A stretch of 64,000 nt of DNA from Vulcanimicrobiales bacterium (GCA_038231455.1 JBBRLI010000006.1:1-64000); one strand, 5' to 3'; shown: positions 10,475 through 20,583, numbered from the stretch's first letter. Translations and numbers: made by a program. Notes: a model not told the origin generated them from the letters alone.

Positions 10475-13084
10475 ATGAAATCCCAGGAACTTCGCGCCGC
10501 CTTCGTTGATTTTTTCGTTGCGAACGGTCATAAACACGTCCCCTCGGCGACCCTGATCCCCGATGCGATGTCCACGACGCTCTTTACGATTGCCGGGATG
10601 GAGCAGTTCGTCCCCAACTTTTTGGGTGAGGTCCCGCCACCCGCGAAGCGCGTGGTGACGGTGCAGCGCTGCCTGCGCGTTGCGGGCGCGAAGAGCGATA
10701 TCGAGAACGTCGGGCGCACGGGTCGTCACGGCACGTTCCTCGAGATGCTGGGCAACTTCAGTTTCGGCGATTATTACAAGCGCGAGGCGATTGGCTTTGC
10801 TTGGGATTTCGTCACGACGGTGATGAAGCTCGACCCGGCAAAAATTTACGTCACGGTTCACACGACCGATGATGAAGCGGCGAAGATCTGGGAGAACGAG
10901 ATCTGCATTCCGCCGAGCCGCATCTCGCGTTTCGATGAAGACAACTTCTGGACGATGGGGCCGACTGGTCCGTGCGGTCCGTGTTCTGAAATTTTCTACG
11001 ATACGGGCGAGGCGAATTCGGCCGGTCCCGAAGATACCGGGCCGAATCTCGGCAATCGCTACGTCGAAATTTGGAACGTCGTGTTCCAACAATACAATCG
11101 CGGCATCGATGGCAAAATGTCGGAACTGCCGCGCAAGGCGATCGACACGGGCGCGGGCTTCGAACGCATGCTCGCCGTTGCAAACGGCAAGCTCAACATG
11201 TACGAGACCGATCTCTTTACCGATCTCATCGCCGCGCAGCCGTCGATTGGCTCGACCTCGCTGACGCTTGCCGATCAAATCGTGCGCCGCAACATCATCG
11301 CCGATCACGCGCGCGCCGTCACGTTCCTCGTTGCCGACGGTGTGTATCCCTCGAACAACGATCGCGGTTACGTGCTGCGCTTTCTGATTCGCCGCGCGAT
11401 TCGTAATGGCCGACTGCTCGGCTATCCCAAAGAGTTCATGCCGCAACTGGCGGCCGCCGTCGTCGACTCACTCGAATCGGGGTACCCGATGCTTCGCGAT
11501 CGCTTGAACGACGTGCAACAAGCCCTGCGCACCGAAGAGGCCAGCTTCGTGAAGACGCTCGACCGCGGCTCGGAGATGCTCGGGCATCTGATCGATGAGG
11601 CCGTCGTCGATTGCACGATGTTGCTCTCGGGTGAGGACGTCTTCACGCTGCACGATACGTTCGGTTTCCCAGCCGAACTCACGCGCGAAATCGCGGGTGA
11701 GAAAGGCGTAGCCGTCGATACGAGTGCGTTCGAAGCGCATATGGACGAGCAGCGTCAGCGTGCGCGCGCGGATGCGCGTTCGAAACGCGGGGTGATCGCG
11801 GTCGCAGAATTGCCCGCAACGAAGAGCGTTTTTGACGGCTATACGGGTTTGGATGCGCGCGCAAGCGTGCTCGCGATTCTCGTGAATGGCGCACCCCTCG
11901 ATGAAGTGCACGCCGGATCCGAAGCGCAGATCATTTTGGATCGCACGTCGTTTTACGCCGAAAAAGGCGGTCAAATCGGCGATCACGGCACGATTGCGAC
12001 GAGCGAAGGAATTTTCGAGGTTAGCGACACGCAGTTTATCGGCGAATCGATCGCGCATCACGGCCGCATGCAGAGCGGATCGCTGGGCGTTGGCGATGCG
12101 GTGCAGACGAGCGTCGATCCGGTCTGGCGCGAAGAAATTCGCCGTCACCACACCTCCGCCCATCTCTTACAGCGTGCACTCAAAGACGTGCTCGGCGATG
12201 ATGTGATGCAGGCCGGCTCGTGGGTCGGTGTCGATCGCATGCGCTTTGACTTCCGCAGCCCCGGCGGCGCACTCTCGCCCGCCCAGCGACGCTCCGTCGC
12301 GCAAAAAGTCAACGCGATGATTCGCGAAGATCATCACCTCGAAACCGAAGAGCTGCCGATTGCCGAGGCCCAGGCCAGCGGCGCGATATCGATGGCCGGT
12401 GAAAAATACGGCGATGTCGTGCGCGTCGTCAAAGCCGGACCGTCGGTGGAGTTCTGCGGCGGCACGCACGCGCACTCGACGGGCGAACTCGGTCTCTTTG
12501 TGATCGTGAGCGAAGCGTCAATTGGCAGCGGCATCCGCCGCATCGAGGCCGTCGTCTCCAAAGCGGCCGAAGCGCTCGTCGAACGTCAGCAAGATACGCT
12601 CACCGAACTCTCGGAGTCGCTCTCGAGCAAACCCGAAGAACTCGTCGAGCGTGTCGCGCGCATTCATTCCGACGTGCGCGACTTGCAGAAAGCACTCGGC
12701 GATATTCGCGCGCGCATGGCCTCGGCCGATGCACAGACGTACGTTGAAGCCGCCGAGACGCTCGGCGGCAAACCGGTCGTGGCAACGATCGTGCGCGAAG
12801 CCTCGGCCGATGCCCTCAAAACGCTCGGCAACGCCATTCGCTCGCGGATGAAAAGCGGCGTGATTGCGCTTGTGGGCGTCGACGGTCAGAACGCATCGAT
12901 TCTCGTCAACGCGAGCGACGATCTCGTCAAAGCCGGCGTCCACAGCGGCAACCTCGTCAAGCTGGCGGCGCCGCTCGTCGGCGGCAAAGGCGGCGGCGCG
13001 CCCGCGCAGGCGCAAGGCGGCGGCAAAGACGTTGGCGGTGCGGATGCGGCGCTCGCCGCGATTCGCGAAGCGCTCAGCGCGTGA
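10475..13084 (+). CDS. alaS: Alanine--tRNA ligase
   Basis: FTIAGM, HGTFLEMLGNFSFGDYYK, IDTGAGFER, HTSAHLL and FCGGTH editing motifs, GGKGGG C-Ala domain. Confidence 0.98.
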   Translation: MKSQELRAAFVDFFVANGHKHVPSATLIPDAMSTTLFTIAGMEQFVPNFLGEVPPPAKRVVTVQRCLRVAGAKSDIENVGRTGRHGTFLEMLGNFSFGDYYKREAIGFAWDFVTTVMKLDPAKIYVTVHTTDDEAAKIWENEICIPPSRISRFDEDNFWTMGPTGPCGPCSEIFYDTGEANSAGPEDTGPNLGNRYVEIWNVVFQQYNRGIDGKMSELPRKAIDTGAGFERMLAVANGKLNMYETDLFTDLIAAQPSIGSTSLTLADQIVRRNIIADHARAVTFLVADGVYPSNNDRGYVLRFLIRRAIRNGRLLGYPKEFMPQLAAAVVDSLESGYPMLRDRLNDVQQALRTEEASFVKTLDRGSEMLGHLIDEAVVDCTMLLSGEDVFTLHDTFGFPAELTREIAGEKGVAVDTSAFEAHMDEQRQRARADARSKRGVIAVAELPATKSVFDGYTGLDARASVLAILVNGAPLDEVHAGSEAQIILDRTSFYAEKGGQIGDHGTIATSEGIFEVSDTQFIGESIAHHGRMQSGSLGVGDAVQTSVDPVWREEIRRHHTSAHLLQRALKDVLGDDVMQAGSWVGVDRMRFDFRSPGGALSPAQRRSVAQKVNAMIREDHHLETEELPIAEAQASGAISMAGEKYGDVVRVVKAGPSVEFCGGTHAHSTGELGLFVIVSEASIGSGIRRIEAVVSKAAEALVERQQDTLTELSESLSSKPEELVERVARIHSDVRDLQKALGDIRARMASADAQTYVEAAETLGGKPVVATIVREASADALKTLGNAIRSRMKSGVIALVGVDGQNASILVNASDDLVKAGVHSGNLVKLAAPLVGGKGGGAPAQAQGGGKDVGGADAALAAIREALSA

Positions 13085-13788
13085 GACGCGCGCTCGCACT
13101 TGCGAGCATCATGGCGCTGGCCGCGCCCGCTGCCGCGGCGCCGCCGGCGAGCGCGATCGCCTTACCGCCCTCGGTCGTCCTTGCAAACTACGCCGCTGCC
13201 TTGGCGCTCGTAAAAGAACCGAAGGCGTTTTCGTTTGAATATGCGCTGGATCAGAGCGGCGTGCACAATCTCTCGTCGCGCCACCGCGTCTACCGAAGCG
13301 GTGCGACCGAGCGCGATGAGACGATCGCGATCAACGGACAGCAAACACGTCGGCCGGACGTGCGCATCTTCCGCAACCGCCTCAATCGCTACGCGCTATC
13401 GAAGCTCGCACCGATCGAAGATGCCTACATCTTCACACCGGCGGGAACGATTCTCTCCGGCAGACACCGCGATTACTCGTTCCGACTCACCCCGTACAAG
13501 CCGGAGGTCTTTCGCGTCGACCGCGTCATCGTCGACGGCGTAACGTTTTTGCCGCGCAGTCTCACGTACACGATGCATGCGGGTGCAAACGTCGGGACGG
13601 GCACGCTCGTCTTCGGAAAGTCGGAGAAGTACTGGATGATCGGCAGCGCGACGGCAAGCGTCGGCGGCTCGCGTGAGAAGATCGTCTGGTCGAACTACCG
13701 CTTCATCAGCGTCATGCCGCGCGAGACGTTCGCCGAGCCAAAGCCCGTGCCCTCAGCGATCGTCCCACTCACGCCGGGCGGACGTTAG
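13081..13788 (+). CDS. Hypothetical exported protein (possibly LolA-like beta fold)
   Basis: Ala-rich signal peptide; translationally coupled to alaS (GTGA). Confidence 0.65.
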   Translation: MRRALALASIMALAAPAAAAPPASAIALPPSVVLANYAAALALVKEPKAFSFEYALDQSGVHNLSSRHRVYRSGATERDETIAINGQQTRRPDVRIFRNRLNRYALSKLAPIEDAYIFTPAGTILSGRHRDYSFRLTPYKPEVFRVDRVIVDGVTFLPRSLTYTMHAGANVGTGTLVFGKSEKYWMIGSATASVGGSREKIVWSNYRFISVMPRETFAEPKPVPSAIVPLTPGGR

Positions 13789-14423
13789 AGCGCCTGTCCG
13801 CCAATCGCGGCGTGGAGTCCGGCGAGATGGTCGCTCGTGGACTCGGTAACGAGTCGCCAGGTGTCGCCGTCCACCTCGAAGCTCGCGAAAGCAGCGTTCT
13901 CGACGTTGACGTTCCAAAGATCGGCGATCGGCCGGTTCGCGCCGCATAAGATCGCCATGCGTACGACGGCATCGTGCGAGCACACAAGGGTCGGCACCGT
14001 CGGCTGCAGCGTCGCGGCAAATTCGAGCCAACGTTCGCGGACATCTGCGAGCGTTTCGCCGCCATCGCCAATGAACACGACGTTCTCGGGATCTTCTTTC
14101 CACATACGCATGCGCTCGCCGTCGTTTGCGCGGATCTCTTCGCGGTAGCGGCCTTCCCACGAACCGTGGCCGATCTCGATGATGCGCGGATCGGCTTCCA
14201 CTTCGAGGTCGAGGCGTGAAGCGGTGAATTGCGCGGTCGCCATGCAACGCAAAAGGGGACTTGAGACGATGCGCCCGACGCGCATCTCCGGCGCATCGAA
14301 CGCGTTTGCAAGCGCCATTCCTTGGCGCACGCCGAGTGCGCTCAGCCCCGACTCGCGCCGCCCTTGATAGCGTCCCGCCATGTTCCACGTCGTCTCGCCG
14401 TGACGCGCAACGTGCACGCGCAT
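13785..14423 (-). CDS. Histidine phosphatase family protein (probable phosphoserine phosphatase)
   Basis: RHGETTWN, SSPLLRC, EIGHGSWEG, VCSH motifs; coupled to serA. Confidence 0.85.
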   Translation of the reverse strand: MRVHVARHGETTWNMAGRYQGRRESGLSALGVRQGMALANAFDAPEMRVGRIVSSPLLRCMATAQFTASRLDLEVEADPRIIEIGHGSWEGRYREEIRANDGERMRMWKEDPENVVFIGDGGETLADVRERWLEFAATLQPTVPTLVCSHDAVVRMAILCGANRPIADLWNVNVENAAFASFEVDGDTWRLVTESTSDHLAGLHAAIGGQAL

Positions 14424-16042
14424 TACAGCGCGAGTGTTTTCACCGACGCAACGCCGGGGATCGCGCGCAGCGCGTCGAGCGAGATTTCTTCGGCAGGTCG
14501 GTCGACCGAGAGCACCATGATCGCATCGCCGCCGATCATATTGCGCGAGACTTGCATCGTTGAGATGTTCACGCTCGCACCGCCCAAGATCGTGCCGACT
14601 TTGCCGATCATGCCGGGCACGTCGGCGTGGCGCGTCATGATGAGCGTGCCGACGGGGATCGCATCGATTTCGTAACCATCGATGTCGGTGATGCGCGGCA
14701 TGCCGTTGACGCTAATGCCGGTGATCGTCGTGCGATCGCCAAGGAGGCGGATTGCGCTTGCATACGCGCCGCTCTGCGGCTCGCCGCGCACGTCGACGCG
14801 CACGCCGAGTTCGCGTGCGATCGCATCGGCGTTGACGACGGAGACGCGACGGTCGGTCGTGGTTTGCAAGAGCCCGGAAAGAAACGCGGTAACCAGCGGC
14901 GCCGGGGGCACATCCGCAAGCGCGCCCTGCAAGACGAGCGAGAACGTGGGCATCTTGTCGCCGCGCGTGTACTGCGGAAAGAAGCGCCCGATCCGGTAAG
15001 CAACATCGAGGAACGGTTTCACGCGTTCGGCTTCGGGACCGTCGGGGAGGGGCGCGTTCACCACGCCGAGGGCCGGCGCTCCGACGAGCACTGCGGCGAC
15101 GTCGGTTGCAAGTTCCGTCGCGATGCGCGCGAGCGCTTCGCGCGTCGAGCCGCCAAGATGCGGGGTCGCATAGACTTTGGGATGGTGGTGCAGCTGTGCG
15201 CCCGTGCCGCCGGCCGGCGGCGGTTCTTCGGCGACGACGTCGATCGCCGCGCCTTGAATCGTGCCGGCGTCGAGAGCGGCTAACAGATCGGCTTCGACGA
15301 TCACGCCGCCGCGCGCGCAATTGACGATGTACGCCGAGGGTTTCATCTGCGCGAGTCGGGCCGCGTCGATCATTCCGCGCGTCGCTTGGGTCAGCGGCAC
15401 GTGCAGCGTCACGATGTCGGCCGCCCCGAGCACCTCATCGAGTGAAACCAGCTTGGCATCGAATGCATCGGCGCGGGCTGAACTGATGTACGGATCGTGG
15501 GTGAGGATCTTCATCCCGAAGGCCTTGGCGCGCACGGCGATGTTACCGCCGATTCGCCCGAGTCCGACGATTCCAAGCGTCTTCCCCGCAAGTTCGAAGC
15601 CGATGAACGGTTTGCGGTCCCAGATCGACGCCCGCAGCGAGGCGACGGCATCCGGCGTAAAGCGCGCAAGGGAGAGCATCAACGCGAAGGTTTGCTCCGT
15701 TGCCGCAAGTGTATTTGCCGCCGGTGTGTTGAGCACGATGATCCCGGCTTCGGTTGCCGCATCGACGTCGATCGCATCGACGCCCACGCCTGCGCGCGCC
15801 ACAACCGTTAGGTCGGGGCCGGCGGCGAGCAGCTCGCGATCGACTTTGGTTTCGGAACGCACGATCAGCCCATCGGCCCCGGCGAGCGCTGCCATCAGCT
15901 CGGCGCGCGATTTGCCGACGAGCGAATCGATGGTGATTCCGTTCTCGCGGAGCACCGCAAGCCCCGATTCGGCGAAGGCTTCCGCGATGACGACGCGGCG
16001 CGGTTGGGAAAGGCTGCTCTGAGTCACGGAGCGTAGTTGCAC
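14423..16042 (-). CDS. serA: D-3-phosphoglycerate dehydrogenase (with C-terminal ACT domain; start may be GTG 16027)
   Basis: RAGVGVDAID, GIVGLGRIG, NCARGG, TPHLGGST, DVPGMIGKVGTILG ACT motif. Confidence 0.95.
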   Translation of the reverse strand: MQLRSVTQSSLSQPRRVVIAEAFAESGLAVLRENGITIDSLVGKSRAELMAALAGADGLIVRSETKVDRELLAAGPDLTVVARAGVGVDAIDVDAATEAGIIVLNTPAANTLAATEQTFALMLSLARFTPDAVASLRASIWDRKPFIGFELAGKTLGIVGLGRIGGNIAVRAKAFGMKILTHDPYISSARADAFDAKLVSLDEVLGAADIVTLHVPLTQATRGMIDAARLAQMKPSAYIVNCARGGVIVEADLLAALDAGTIQGAAIDVVAEEPPPAGGTGAQLHHHPKVYATPHLGGSTREALARIATELATDVAAVLVGAPALGVVNAPLPDGPEAERVKPFLDVAYRIGRFFPQYTRGDKMPTFSLVLQGALADVPPAPLVTAFLSGLLQTTTDRRVSVVNADAIARELGVRVDVRGEPQSGAYASAIRLLGDRTTITGISVNGMPRITDIDGYEIDAIPVGTLIMTRHADVPGMIGKVGTILGGASVNISTMQVSRNMIGGDAIMVLSVDRPAEEISLDALRAIPGVASVKTLAL

Positions 16043-16046
16043 GCCG

Positions 16047-17522
16047 TTGGTTTCTCGCCTTCGTTCAGCTGGATCGGCGTGTGCCGCGACGATTCTTCCG
16101 TTCGTAACGTACCTGGTCTCGCTACGTCCGGGCGTCGACTACTGGGACACGGGCGAAATGCAGACGGTTCCGTACATTTTAGGGATCGCGCATCCGACCG
16201 GATTTCCCGGCTACACGCTCCTGGGATGGCTCTACGGGCACATCGTGCCGATCGGCACGGTGGCGTGGCGCATGAATTTGCTCTCGGCGCTGGCAACGAC
16301 TGCGACGTGCTGGTTCATCTACCGGATCATCGTCGAGCGCGAGATCGAACCGGAATTCGCGGCGGGTTCCGCACTGCTCTTTGCATTCACGAAGATCGCG
16401 TGGGAGCACGCTACGCGCGCCGACGTGCATCCGGTGGAACTCGCCTTCGGCACCGCCGCTCTCTACGCGCTGCTCCGCTGGGAACGCACGCTTTCCACGC
16501 GCGATCTTACGTGGTCGGTGTCCGCGTTTGCGGCGGCACTCTGCGTGCATAGCGCTGCGGTGCTCTTGCTGCCGGGCCTGTTCATGCTCGTTGTCGGAAA
16601 GATCGAGTTCATCCGGGTACGCGGTTGGATCGCCATCGGTCTAGCCTTGCTGTGCGTGCCGCTGGTGTACGCCTATTTGCCGATCCGCAGCGCGATCGTG
16701 ACGGCGGAACGGAGCGATCCGACCGTGGCCTTAGGCATTCCAGTCGGACGACCGTTTTGGGATTACGATCATCCCGCCTCGCTTGCGGGTCTGCGAACGC
16801 AGATCACCGGCAGCGACTTCGGAGCGCATCTCGCGCTGCGATCGTTACTCGCGCCGAGCGTGCTTGCCACGATCCCGCAGCGCTTTGGCCCAAGCGTCGT
16901 GCGCGATCTCCCAAATGCCCTGTTGTTTCTCGCGCTGATCGGTTTCATCGTCGTCTTTCGCGAACCGTACGTCGGTGCTGGGCTGCTGCTCTTCGGCGGA
17001 ATTCCGATGCTCTTCGTGCTCGCCTATCCGGCGGAATCCGATATCGAGCGCTACTTTCTGCCGGCGTATGTCGGCATCGCCGTGGCGATTGGAATCGGTT
17101 CGTCATATCTTGCGCGAGTCGGCGATCCGCGCGTTGCTCGCATCGGCTTTTCGTGTCTCATCGCGGCGTTTGCAATCATCGTGGGTAGCGACATCGCAAC
17201 GCATCACGAGTTTTTCGAGCAGCCGCACAATCATGGCCCCCAGGCCTTCGTGGATCGCATCAAAGCACACACGCCCGCGAACGCAATCGTCGTCGTCGAA
17301 TGGACGTATGCAACGACGCTTGCGTACGAAGCCTACGTCGAGCACGCGCTCGACGATCGCATCGTCGTTACGGGATGGTACGACGTCTACGCGCGTTTGT
17401 ATCCCGGCTGGCTGAAGACGCGACCGGTCGTTGTGGTAACGCAGGGGATGCCGTATCTTGCGGGCCTGCGCCTCGTCCCGCAGGACGCTGGTGAACCCGC
17501 GATCTATCGAGTCCTCCGATGA
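16047..17522 (+). CDS. DUF2723 / TMEM260-like GT-C membrane glycosyltransferase
   Basis: WDTGEMQ...LGIAHPTGFPGY resembles the DUF2723 signature D-S-G-E...GVAHPPGYP; many TM helices; YxYLPIRS motif. Confidence 0.8.
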   Translation: MVSRLRSAGSACAATILPFVTYLVSLRPGVDYWDTGEMQTVPYILGIAHPTGFPGYTLLGWLYGHIVPIGTVAWRMNLLSALATTATCWFIYRIIVEREIEPEFAAGSALLFAFTKIAWEHATRADVHPVELAFGTAALYALLRWERTLSTRDLTWSVSAFAAALCVHSAAVLLLPGLFMLVVGKIEFIRVRGWIAIGLALLCVPLVYAYLPIRSAIVTAERSDPTVALGIPVGRPFWDYDHPASLAGLRTQITGSDFGAHLALRSLLAPSVLATIPQRFGPSVVRDLPNALLFLALIGFIVVFREPYVGAGLLLFGGIPMLFVLAYPAESDIERYFLPAYVGIAVAIGIGSSYLARVGDPRVARIGFSCLIAAFAIIVGSDIATHHEFFEQPHNHGPQAFVDRIKAHTPANAIVVVEWTYATTLAYEAYVEHALDDRIVVTGWYDVYARLYPGWLKTRPVVVVTQGMPYLAGLRLVPQDAGEPAIYRVLR

Positions 17523-18685
17523 GGCGTTACCTCCCGCTTTTCGTCGGCGCGTTCGCGGCGCTTGCGGCATTGATTTTCGCGCACGGCCGTTCGACGCCAT
17601 ACAATAACTACGTGCTGCTCGCCGATGCGATGCTGCACGGACGGCTTTGGATCGATCCGCTCTGGCAAGATAGCCACATCGATGCGGTCCTCTTTCATGG
17701 GCACCGCTACATCGTCAACGATCCGGTCCCGGCACTCTTCATGCTGCCGCTCGTCGCCATTTTTGGGATCGACGCAAATCAAACGCTGCTCGCGTGTCTC
17801 TTTTGCGGCGCGGCTGTTTCGGGTGCGTGGCTGATTCTCGAGCGGCTCGAACTTGCACGCGAACCAAAAATCTGGCTTGCGATTGTGTTCTTAATCGGCA
17901 CGGATCTTTTGTGGACGGCGATGCTTGGCGACGTGTGGTTTATCGCGCAGACCGCGGCCGTCGCTTTCCTCACGCTCATGCTCGCCGAACTGGTCGGAAA
18001 AGCGCGACCGTGGTTCGTCATCGTGCTCTTCGCGCTTGCCGTTGGATGCCGCTTCACGATCGTTATGGCGCTCCCGGTCGTGCTGTACTGGACGTTCGCC
18101 GGTCTCCTCCGACCGCTGGCGAGTCGCGCAGCGCTCCGGACGGCTGCGCTTTCGCTTGTGCCGTTTCTCGCGCTCTGGGTGGCGTACAATTTTGCCCGCT
18201 GGGGTGTGCCGTGGGATAGCGGACACACGATTTTCTATCACCAAGATCAGGACGTTGGCTCGCCGACGGGCTCGCCGTTTGCGGTGATGAATCTTCCCGA
18301 TCAACTGTACTCGTTTTTCGTGCAGGCGCCGAAATTTGAGGATACCGTCCCGTATGCGATTCCCGCGATGGAGGGCGTCGCGCTGACCTGGACGTCGCCG
18401 ATTCTGCTCTTCGCCGCGTGGGCGCGCGGGAGCCGGTCCGCGATTGTCAGCTTGTGGCTCGCGACGGTGCTCGTCGCCGGCCCCTCGTTCTTGTATTATG
18501 TGAATGGTGCATCGCAATTCGGGATGCGCCATGCGCTCGATTTCGAGCCGTTTCTCTTCGTCTTGCTTGCCATCGCGGCGAAGCGCTCGTGGCCGCTGTG
18601 GGCGGCCGTGCTCGCATTCTGGTCGTCGTCCGTGGGCCTCTGGGGGATTTGGTACTGGAACGCATTTTACCGCGCGACGTATTAG
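17519..18685 (+). CDS. Polytopic membrane protein, putative GT-C glycosyltransferase (paralog 1)
   Basis: About 10 TM helices; YNNYVLLADA, MLGDVWFIA, QFGMRHALDFEPF motifs shared with the next gene. Confidence 0.7.
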   Translation: MRRYLPLFVGAFAALAALIFAHGRSTPYNNYVLLADAMLHGRLWIDPLWQDSHIDAVLFHGHRYIVNDPVPALFMLPLVAIFGIDANQTLLACLFCGAAVSGAWLILERLELAREPKIWLAIVFLIGTDLLWTAMLGDVWFIAQTAAVAFLTLMLAELVGKARPWFVIVLFALAVGCRFTIVMALPVVLYWTFAGLLRPLASRAALRTAALSLVPFLALWVAYNFARWGVPWDSGHTIFYHQDQDVGSPTGSPFAVMNLPDQLYSFFVQAPKFEDTVPYAIPAMEGVALTWTSPILLFAAWARGSRSAIVSLWLATVLVAGPSFLYYVNGASQFGMRHALDFEPFLFVLLAIAAKRSWPLWAAVLAFWSSSVGLWGIWYWNAFYRATY

Positions 18686-18687
18686 CG

Positions 18688-19899
18688 GTGCCGCTACGCG
18701 CCCGCCCGCTCGTCATTCCGGTGCTCATCGCGCTCGTAACGTTCGCTGCGGTCATCATCTCTTCACATTTTCGATCGACCCCGTACAACAACTACGTGCT
18801 CTTGGCCGATGCCCTCTTGCACGGACACCTCTGGATCAATTGGCCTGGCGAGTCGGTCAGCGACGCGCTGCTCTGGGACGGACGGCGGTATGTGATCGAA
18901 GGTCCGCTCCCGGCGTTCATGATCATGCCGTTCGTGGCGATCTTCGGCGATCACGCAAATCAAACGACGCTTGCCGCAGCCCTGTGCGCGATCGCAGTTG
19001 CAACGGCGTGGTCGATTGCCCGCAAACTCGGCGCAAGCCAAAACACCAGCTTGTGGCTCGTCTTGTTCTTGTTTACGGGCACGTCGCTGTGGTGGTGTTC
19101 GATGCTCGGCGATGTGTGGTTTATCGCGCACTCATCCGCCGTCTGTTTTACGCTCCTGGCCATTCGCGAACTCCTCGGTCGACAGCGACCGTGGCTCGTC
19201 GCGCTGCTCGCCGCCTGCGCATTCGAATCGCGCTTTTCGATGGTGCTGGCGGTGCCGTTCTATGCGCTCTTCCTGATGCGCGGCGGTATTGCGCCCGAAG
19301 TCGTGCGCCCAACGCGCGCGCAGATGATCGCGCGATTACGCGCGTACGCACTCGTGTTCGTGCCGGTTATCATCCTGTGGGTGGCGTACAACGAAATGCG
19401 CTGGAATCTGTGGTACGACATCGGCTACACGGAATTCTACCATCAAGATTCATGGGGACAGCCGACGGGATCACCATTTCGTCTTGCCTACGTACCGTAT
19501 GAATTGTACTCGTTTTTTCTGCAGGCACCGGTGCTTGCCGAATATCGGCAACTCGCGATCCCGCCCTATTTCAAAGTTGACGTGCACGGCGTTGCACTGA
19601 CGTGGACGAGTCCGGCACTCGTCCTCGCTTTTCTCGCGCGCACGACGCGCATGTATCGCCTCGTCATGTGGATGCTGATTCTCGCCCTTTGGATACCCTC
19701 GCTCGTGTACTACCTCAACGGCTGGTGGCAATTCGGCATGCGGCACGCGCTCGACTTCGAGCCGTTCGTCTTCGTGCTAATGGCAGTCGGCGTGCGCGGC
19801 GGGATGCCGACGTGGGGCAAATGGCTCATCACGTACGGCGCACTCGTCGGCGCGTGGGGCATTTGGTTTTGGAACGCCACGTACCGCTCCGGCGGCTAA
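18688..19899 (+). CDS. Polytopic membrane protein, putative GT-C glycosyltransferase (paralog 2)
   Basis: Clear paralog of 17519..18685; GTG start 2 nt after the previous stop. Confidence 0.7.
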   Translation: MPLRARPLVIPVLIALVTFAAVIISSHFRSTPYNNYVLLADALLHGHLWINWPGESVSDALLWDGRRYVIEGPLPAFMIMPFVAIFGDHANQTTLAAALCAIAVATAWSIARKLGASQNTSLWLVLFLFTGTSLWWCSMLGDVWFIAHSSAVCFTLLAIRELLGRQRPWLVALLAACAFESRFSMVLAVPFYALFLMRGGIAPEVVRPTRAQMIARLRAYALVFVPVIILWVAYNEMRWNLWYDIGYTEFYHQDSWGQPTGSPFRLAYVPYELYSFFLQAPVLAEYRQLAIPPYFKVDVHGVALTWTSPALVLAFLARTTRMYRLVMWMLILALWIPSLVYYLNGWWQFGMRHALDFEPFVFVLMAVGVRGGMPTWGKWLITYGALVGAWGIWFWNATYRSGG

Positions 19900-19983
19900 C
19901 CTTGGGGTTCGGGGTCGCTCGGCGTCGTTCGTGGATTGATGAGCACCGGGCCGCTGGCATCAGCAACGCGGGCGAACCCCCCC

Positions 19984-20265
19984 CTACTCGTCTTCGCCGG
20001 TCGCTCCACGCACGAATGACGCGCCGTACAGGATGGCGAGGACCGCGTACAAAGCAAGCAACGGCACGGTAATGACGTCGATAAAAAGCGTGCCGAGAAC
20101 GAAGACCAGTGCGATAATTGCGCTTGCAATGGCAAAGCGGAGGTGGCCCCGGGCGGTCATATTGTAGACGTGAGTTGCGTAGAACGAGGCCGTCGAAGCG
20201 CGGGCGTTCCGATAGGCGAGAATCGCCCCGAGCGCCGCCGCTATTGCCCCAAAAGTGCCGTACAT
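19984..20265 (-). CDS. Small hypothetical membrane protein (93 aa, ~3 TM)
   Basis: Strong SD AAAGGAGGT before ATG; MYGTFGAIAAALGAILAY... Confidence 0.7.
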   Translation of the reverse strand: MYGTFGAIAAALGAILAYRNARASTASFYATHVYNMTARGHLRFAIASAIIALVFVLGTLFIDVITVPLLALYAVLAILYGASFVRGATGEDE

Positions 20266-20281
20266 ACACCTCCTTTCTGAC

Positions 20282-20306
20282 GTTTGCTTGTGGTTAGCCT
20301 GGGTAT
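20282..20306 (+). promoter_or_regulatory. SigB/SigF-type promoter
   Basis: GTTTGC-N13-GGGTAT, near-consensus SigB promoter 37 nt upstream of ATG 20344. Confidence 0.65.
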
Positions 20307-20343
20307 ATCCAAGTTCGCACTCGCTTGGAAGGAGACACTCACA

Positions 20344-20583
20344 ATGAATGACCGCGACGTAGTGGTTCGCGACAGTGGTTCCGGTTCGGTGGCAACGTTT
20401 GCCATCGTCGCCGTGATCGTCGTTGCCGCCCTCATCGGACTGTTTGTTTGGCAGCCCTGGAACACGACTTCGACGACGAAGACCACGATCAACGCCCCGG
20501 CTGGAACGACGGGCACGACCGGCACGACCGGCGGCACGACCGGAACGACCACCTCCGGCACGACGACCACCACCACGCACTAA
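20344..20583 (+). CDS. Small single-TM protein with Thr/Gly-rich C-terminal tail
   Basis: AAGGAG SD; MNDRDVVVRD-TM-WQPWNTTSTTKTT...GTTGTTGTT. Confidence 0.75.
   Translation: MNDRDVVVRDSGSGSVATFAIVAVIVVAALIGLFVWQPWNTTSTTKTTINAPAGTTGTTGTTGGTTGTTTSGTTTTTTH

Noticed and set aside
20500-20580. Short tandem repeats (ggcacgacc) as a CRISPR array or VNTR element
   Set aside because: They are codon-level repeats of a Gly-Thr-Thr tail, with no spacers and no cas genes.
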